This document shows, in pieces, positions 16,756-20,000 of a stretch of DNA of 20,000 bases. Both the position numbers and the translations under genes were made by a program. Numbering within the stretch: position 1 is the stretch's first letter; each line of letters starts with the position of its first letter. The notes under the pieces are model-generated. The model had not been told where the DNA came from, searched no databases, and saw nothing but the letters and a program-made list of their open reading frames with translations. Where the stretch lies: sequence record SRR2962707_1184. One strand, written 5' to 3'.

Positions 16756-17604
16756 TTATTGGCAAAGCGCTGCGGTGGTCACATCGCCTGGCAATGTGTA
16801 TTTACCAAAACCATATGGTTTCACCAAAGCAAGATGTTCTTTACTACCAATAAAGCTCGCTAATTGCTGGTTGAAAGCATCACGCAATGTCTCGTCCCCT
16901 GGGCGGAAACCAAACGCGCCATAACCTTTAACGGATTTACCTTTAATAATTAAATCATCAAACGGCTGAGCCAATTCGACATGACTGTCTTTGTTAGCCA
17001 ACGTCGCCATAGTAAGGCTAGTGCCTGCAAGGGCATCGATACGGCCAGCTTTCAATGCCGCCACACCGGATGGGTAATCTGGTAAAGTGACAATTTTGTT
17101 CATGGCAATGCCAAAGTCTCTTGCATAACCATACTCTACCGCGCCAGACATAACGCCCAGCTTCACTGATTTTTCTTTTACATCAGCGTAACCGTTTAGT
17201 TTTTCTGGGTTGCCATTTTTGACGATAAAACCTTCACCAATGCTGTACGTCGGATTTGAGAAGAGTACCTGTCGGCAGCGCTTTGGGGTGACATACATAC
17301 CGGCAGCAATCAAATCAAATCGCCCTGCTCGCAACCCTGGGATCAAAGCCCCAAACTCAGTCACGACAACCTTAATGTTTTTCACACCCAATTCATGAAG
17401 CACATGAACCGCAATACTAGGGGCTTCACCTGCCGGCTTTCCATCCGATGTGGTATAGCCATAAGGCACTTCATTGGCAACACCGATTGTCACACTGCTT
17501 TTTTCTTTAATGGTGCTCAAGGTGTCTGCTGATGCAGAAACGGTGACAAAAGAAAGCACCAAACTAATTAGAGATATAAGATATTTATTTACAAAAAAAC
17601 TCAT
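16756..17604 (-). CDS. ehuB: Ectoine/hydroxyectoine ABC transporter substrate-binding protein
   Basis: Signal peptide ending ASA|D, ANEVPYGY, GEAP, EFGALIPGLRAGRFD.IAAGMY.TPKRC..V.FS.P, YGAFGFR and a C-terminal T..LC. Confidence 0.87.
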   Translation of the reverse strand: MSFFVNKYLISLISLVLSFVTVSASADTLSTIKEKSSVTIGVANEVPYGYTTSDGKPAGEAPSIAVHVLHELGVKNIKVVVTEFGALIPGLRAGRFDLIAAGMYVTPKRCRQVLFSNPTYSIGEGFIVKNGNPEKLNGYADVKEKSVKLGVMSGAVEYGYARDFGIAMNKIVTLPDYPSGVAALKAGRIDALAGTSLTMATLANKDSHVELAQPFDDLIIKGKSVKGYGAFGFRPGDETLRDAFNQQLASFIGSKEHLALVKPYGFGKYTLPGDVTTAALCQ

Positions 17605-17842
17605 AAAGGACCTCTTCCATTGTGGTTCGTTAACATTTCTTATACATTTTCCCTTATTACACTAAATAAATTGAAGGAACTATTCAAGAATTAATTAGTC
17701 CTGTAATATTTTTAACTGTTATCTTATTTCGTCTATTTTTACTGATTTCACCTCGCCTTATGTCCTATTTCTGCTGCCACGGTATAATGTGAACTCCAGC
17801 CAAGATCAAACATGACAAGATTGTGCAAACCACCTATTAAAT

Positions 17843-17871
17843 TTGCATATCGAGATATATCGATATAAGTT
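17843..17871 (+). promoter_or_regulatory. Promoter and palindromic operator of the ArsR-OYE unit
   Basis: Inverted repeat ATATCGA-N6-TCGATAT (17847-17866) overlapping TTGCAT-N17-TAAGTT. Confidence 0.65.
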
Positions 17872-17896
17872 AACTCCATCTGCTTAGGTTAAAGAA

Positions 17897-18202
17897 ATGA
17901 CTCAGAACGATTTAGATAGCATCATCAAAGCGCTTTCGAACCCCGCGCGCCGTGATATTTTAGCGTGGCTCAAATCGCCAGAAATTGAGTTTCCAGAACA
18001 ATGCAGCAACTACGAACATGGCGTTTGTGTCGGACAAATATTTGAAAAAGCCGGTCTATCTCAATCTACCGTGTCATCACATTTAGCCAATCTTCAACGG
18101 GCTGGTCTGGTCATGTCAAAACGACAAGGTCAATGGGTTTATTACCAACGGAATGAAGAGTGTATTGCAGAATTTGCAGACTATTTAAAACAAACTTTAT
18201 AA
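17897..18202 (+). CDS. ArsR/SmtB-family transcriptional regulator
   Basis: KALSNPARRDIL..L, CVGQI...GLSQSTVSSHLANLQRAGLV...RQGQWVYY. Confidence 0.93.
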   Translation: MTQNDLDSIIKALSNPARRDILAWLKSPEIEFPEQCSNYEHGVCVGQIFEKAGLSQSTVSSHLANLQRAGLVMSKRQGQWVYYQRNEECIAEFADYLKQTL

Positions 18203-18215
18203 ATATGGAGCCGTC

Positions 18216-19280
18216 ATGTCTCAGCTATTCGAACCTATTACGGTAGGCCAATTAGAACTTAAAAACCGTATTATCATGTCCCCTCTCACACGCTGCCGCG
18301 CGAGTGAAGGAAGAGTACCAAACGATTTAATGGTCGAATATTACACTCAACGCGCTTCTGCTGGCTTAATCATCAGTGAAGCAACGTCTGTTGACCCAAT
18401 GGGCGTTGGCTACCCTGATACACCGGGCATTTGGTCTGATGAGCAAGTTGAAGGCTGGAAGAAAATCACCCACGCTATCCATGAAAAAGGCGGAAAAATT
18501 GTTCTACAGTTATGGCATGTAGGGCGCATTTCTGACCCTGTCTATTTAAATGGTGAACAACCTGTTGCACCAAGTGCCATCGCAGCACAAGGGCATGTCA
18601 GCTTAGTCCGCCCTATTAAAGCCTTTGTAGAACCGAGAGCGCTGGAAACTGACGAAATCAAACACATCGTTGAAGCCTACCGTGTAGGCGCAGAAAACGC
18701 TAAAAAAGCCGGTTTCGATGGTGTAGAAATTCACGGCGCGAATGGCTATTTACCTGACCAATTTTTGCAATCGTCCACTAATCACCGTGATGATCAATAC
18801 GGTGGCAGCTTAGAAAACAGAGCCAGATTCTTACTTGAGATTACTGACGCCGCCATTGACGTCTGGGGTGCTGGTCGCGTTGGGGTTCACTTATCACCTC
18901 GTTGCGATGCTCATGATATGGGCGATGACAACCCAAGCGAAACGTTCGGCTATGTTGCCAAAGCTCTAGCAGAAAGAAATATCGCCTTTATTTTCACCAG
19001 AGAGCATTTTAATGAGCCTGGTTTGACAGCCCAAATCAAAGAACAATTTGGCGGCGTCGTCATAGGCAATGAAGCGTTAACAAAAGCACAAGCAGAAGGA
19101 CTAATCAAAAGTAACACCATTGATGCGGTTGCCTTTGGTAAAGCCTACATAGCCAATCCTGACCTTGTCACACGACTTGAGCAAGATACTGAACTCAATG
19201 AACTGGACACCAACACCATGTATGGTTCTGGTCCAGCTGGCTACACTGATTATCCGTTTTTAGAAACAGAAACAGCTTAA
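18216..19280 (+). CDS. nemA: Old Yellow Enzyme family FMN-dependent alkene reductase (NemA/XenB-like)
   Basis: LKNRIIMSPLTR, YYTQRASAGLIISEAT, LQLWHVGR, GFDGVEIHGANGYLPDQF, NHRDDQYGGSLENRARF, ANPDL and GYTDYP. Confidence 0.92.
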   Translation: MSQLFEPITVGQLELKNRIIMSPLTRCRASEGRVPNDLMVEYYTQRASAGLIISEATSVDPMGVGYPDTPGIWSDEQVEGWKKITHAIHEKGGKIVLQLWHVGRISDPVYLNGEQPVAPSAIAAQGHVSLVRPIKAFVEPRALETDEIKHIVEAYRVGAENAKKAGFDGVEIHGANGYLPDQFLQSSTNHRDDQYGGSLENRARFLLEITDAAIDVWGAGRVGVHLSPRCDAHDMGDDNPSETFGYVAKALAERNIAFIFTREHFNEPGLTAQIKEQFGGVVIGNEALTKAQAEGLIKSNTIDAVAFGKAYIANPDLVTRLEQDTELNELDTNTMYGSGPAGYTDYPFLETETA

Positions 19281-19303
19281 TTCAGAAACATTGTAAGCTA
19301 AAT

Positions 19304-19364
19304 AAAAATACCAGATTAAGAAGACATTGAATTAGATTTTATGTTTTCGATCTGGTATTTTTTT
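19304..19364 (+). terminator. Long hairpin terminator after the OYE gene (possibly bidirectional)
   Basis: Outer stem AAAAATACCAGAT (19304-19316) / ATCTGGTATTTTT (19350-19362), inner imperfect stem GAAGACAT / ATGTTTTC, then a T tract. Confidence 0.8.
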
Positions 19365-19465
19365 GCCCGCCTATTGCGCTTGGAGTCACAGACAAAGGTT
19401 CACGGCCACTTATGACCGTTTCATAGGAATCACCAAAACCTATAGTTGGCTTTTGTAATGATTAC

Positions 19466-19819
19466 TTACCAATGCTGAACTTCTGAGAATCCAAAATCTA
19501 AGCTATCAATATTTTTCATTGCCTGATCGTGAATGTAACGCCTAAGATCCTGCTTTTGACGCATCACCTGTAATATGAAAACTTTCTTGCTCTCAAATTT
19601 ATAGAAGATTCGACAAGGGGTTACTACAACCTCTTGGCAGCTGAACATCGGAATGTCAACAGGCAATTTTTCTGATTCTGGCTGATGTTCTAATCGCTCT
19701 ATTCTTGAAAAAATATTTGTGACTAGTTTCTCAGCCGCAGATTGGTTTGATACCGAGATGTAATCTGCGATGTCATTAAGCTCACTTAATGCAGGAAGCG
19801 TTCAAACTATTTCAGCCAT
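19466..19819 (-). pseudogene. RelE/ParE-family toxin pseudogene (nonsense codon 6)
   Basis: From ATG 19819 it reads MAEIV*TLPALSELNDIADYISVSNQSAAEKLVTNIFSRIERLEHQPESEKLPVDIPMFSCQEVVVTPCRIFYKFESKKVFILQVMRQKQDLRRY. TGA at 19804-19802 falls where this family usually has Trp. The frame is the same as track ORF 19466..19666. Confidence 0.88.
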
Positions 19820-19944
19820 TTTTTCATTTGCTCTTTAGCTGACTGGTTTGAAAGTACCTGACCTTCCTTTACAGTTTTGTCACCACAAGCAATTCCTTCT
19901 AAAATAGCCATGCGTTTTTGCATCATTTCAAAGTCATCTACATC
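19807..19944 (-). pseudogene. Phd/YefM-family antitoxin, C-terminal remnant
   Basis: Reads DVDDFEMMQKRMAILEGIACGDKTVKEGQVLSNQSAKEQMKKWLK* and overlaps the toxin start. The upstream in-frame sequence (VRPLKKSHSALISFSDIN) does not resemble the Phd N-terminal domain. Confidence 0.72.
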
Positions 19945-20000
19945 ATTAATATCGGAGAAAGAGATTAGAGCGCTGTGCGACTTTTTAAGGGGTCTGACCC

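Noticed and set aside
19365-19465. Integron attC site next to the TA remnant
   Set aside because: No convincing RYYYAAC...GTTRRRY pair with an internal inverted repeat was found, and there is no integrase in the window.

Overview
Chromosomal window from a gammaproteobacterium. The gene content suggests a marine, Oceanospirillales/Marinomonas-like organism, but that is inference only. The plus strand carries the 3' part of nadC, then ackA-pta and a strong terminator. A type IV pilin cluster follows (pilA, an unusually short PilB/GspE-family ATPase, a divergent PilC/GspF, pilD), then coaE-yacG and a REC+TPR response regulator with a small sensor-less histidine kinase. Converging from the minus strand is a second, paralogous REC+TPR/kinase pair whose kinase has Asn in place of the phospho-accepting His; it sits at the end of a benE-like transporter/GntR run. 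Next come a 3 x 81 bp tandem repeat fusing terminator and promoter/operator sequence, an ehuBCDA-type ectoine ABC transporter, an ArsR regulator with an Old Yellow Enzyme, and a decayed Phd/YefM-RelE/ParE toxin-antitoxin pair at the right edge. The best candidate for an undescribed system is the tail-to-tail kinase/pseudokinase pair of REC-TPR modules, attached to a minimal pilus operon whose ribosome-binding sites lie in CsrA-like GGA hairpins.
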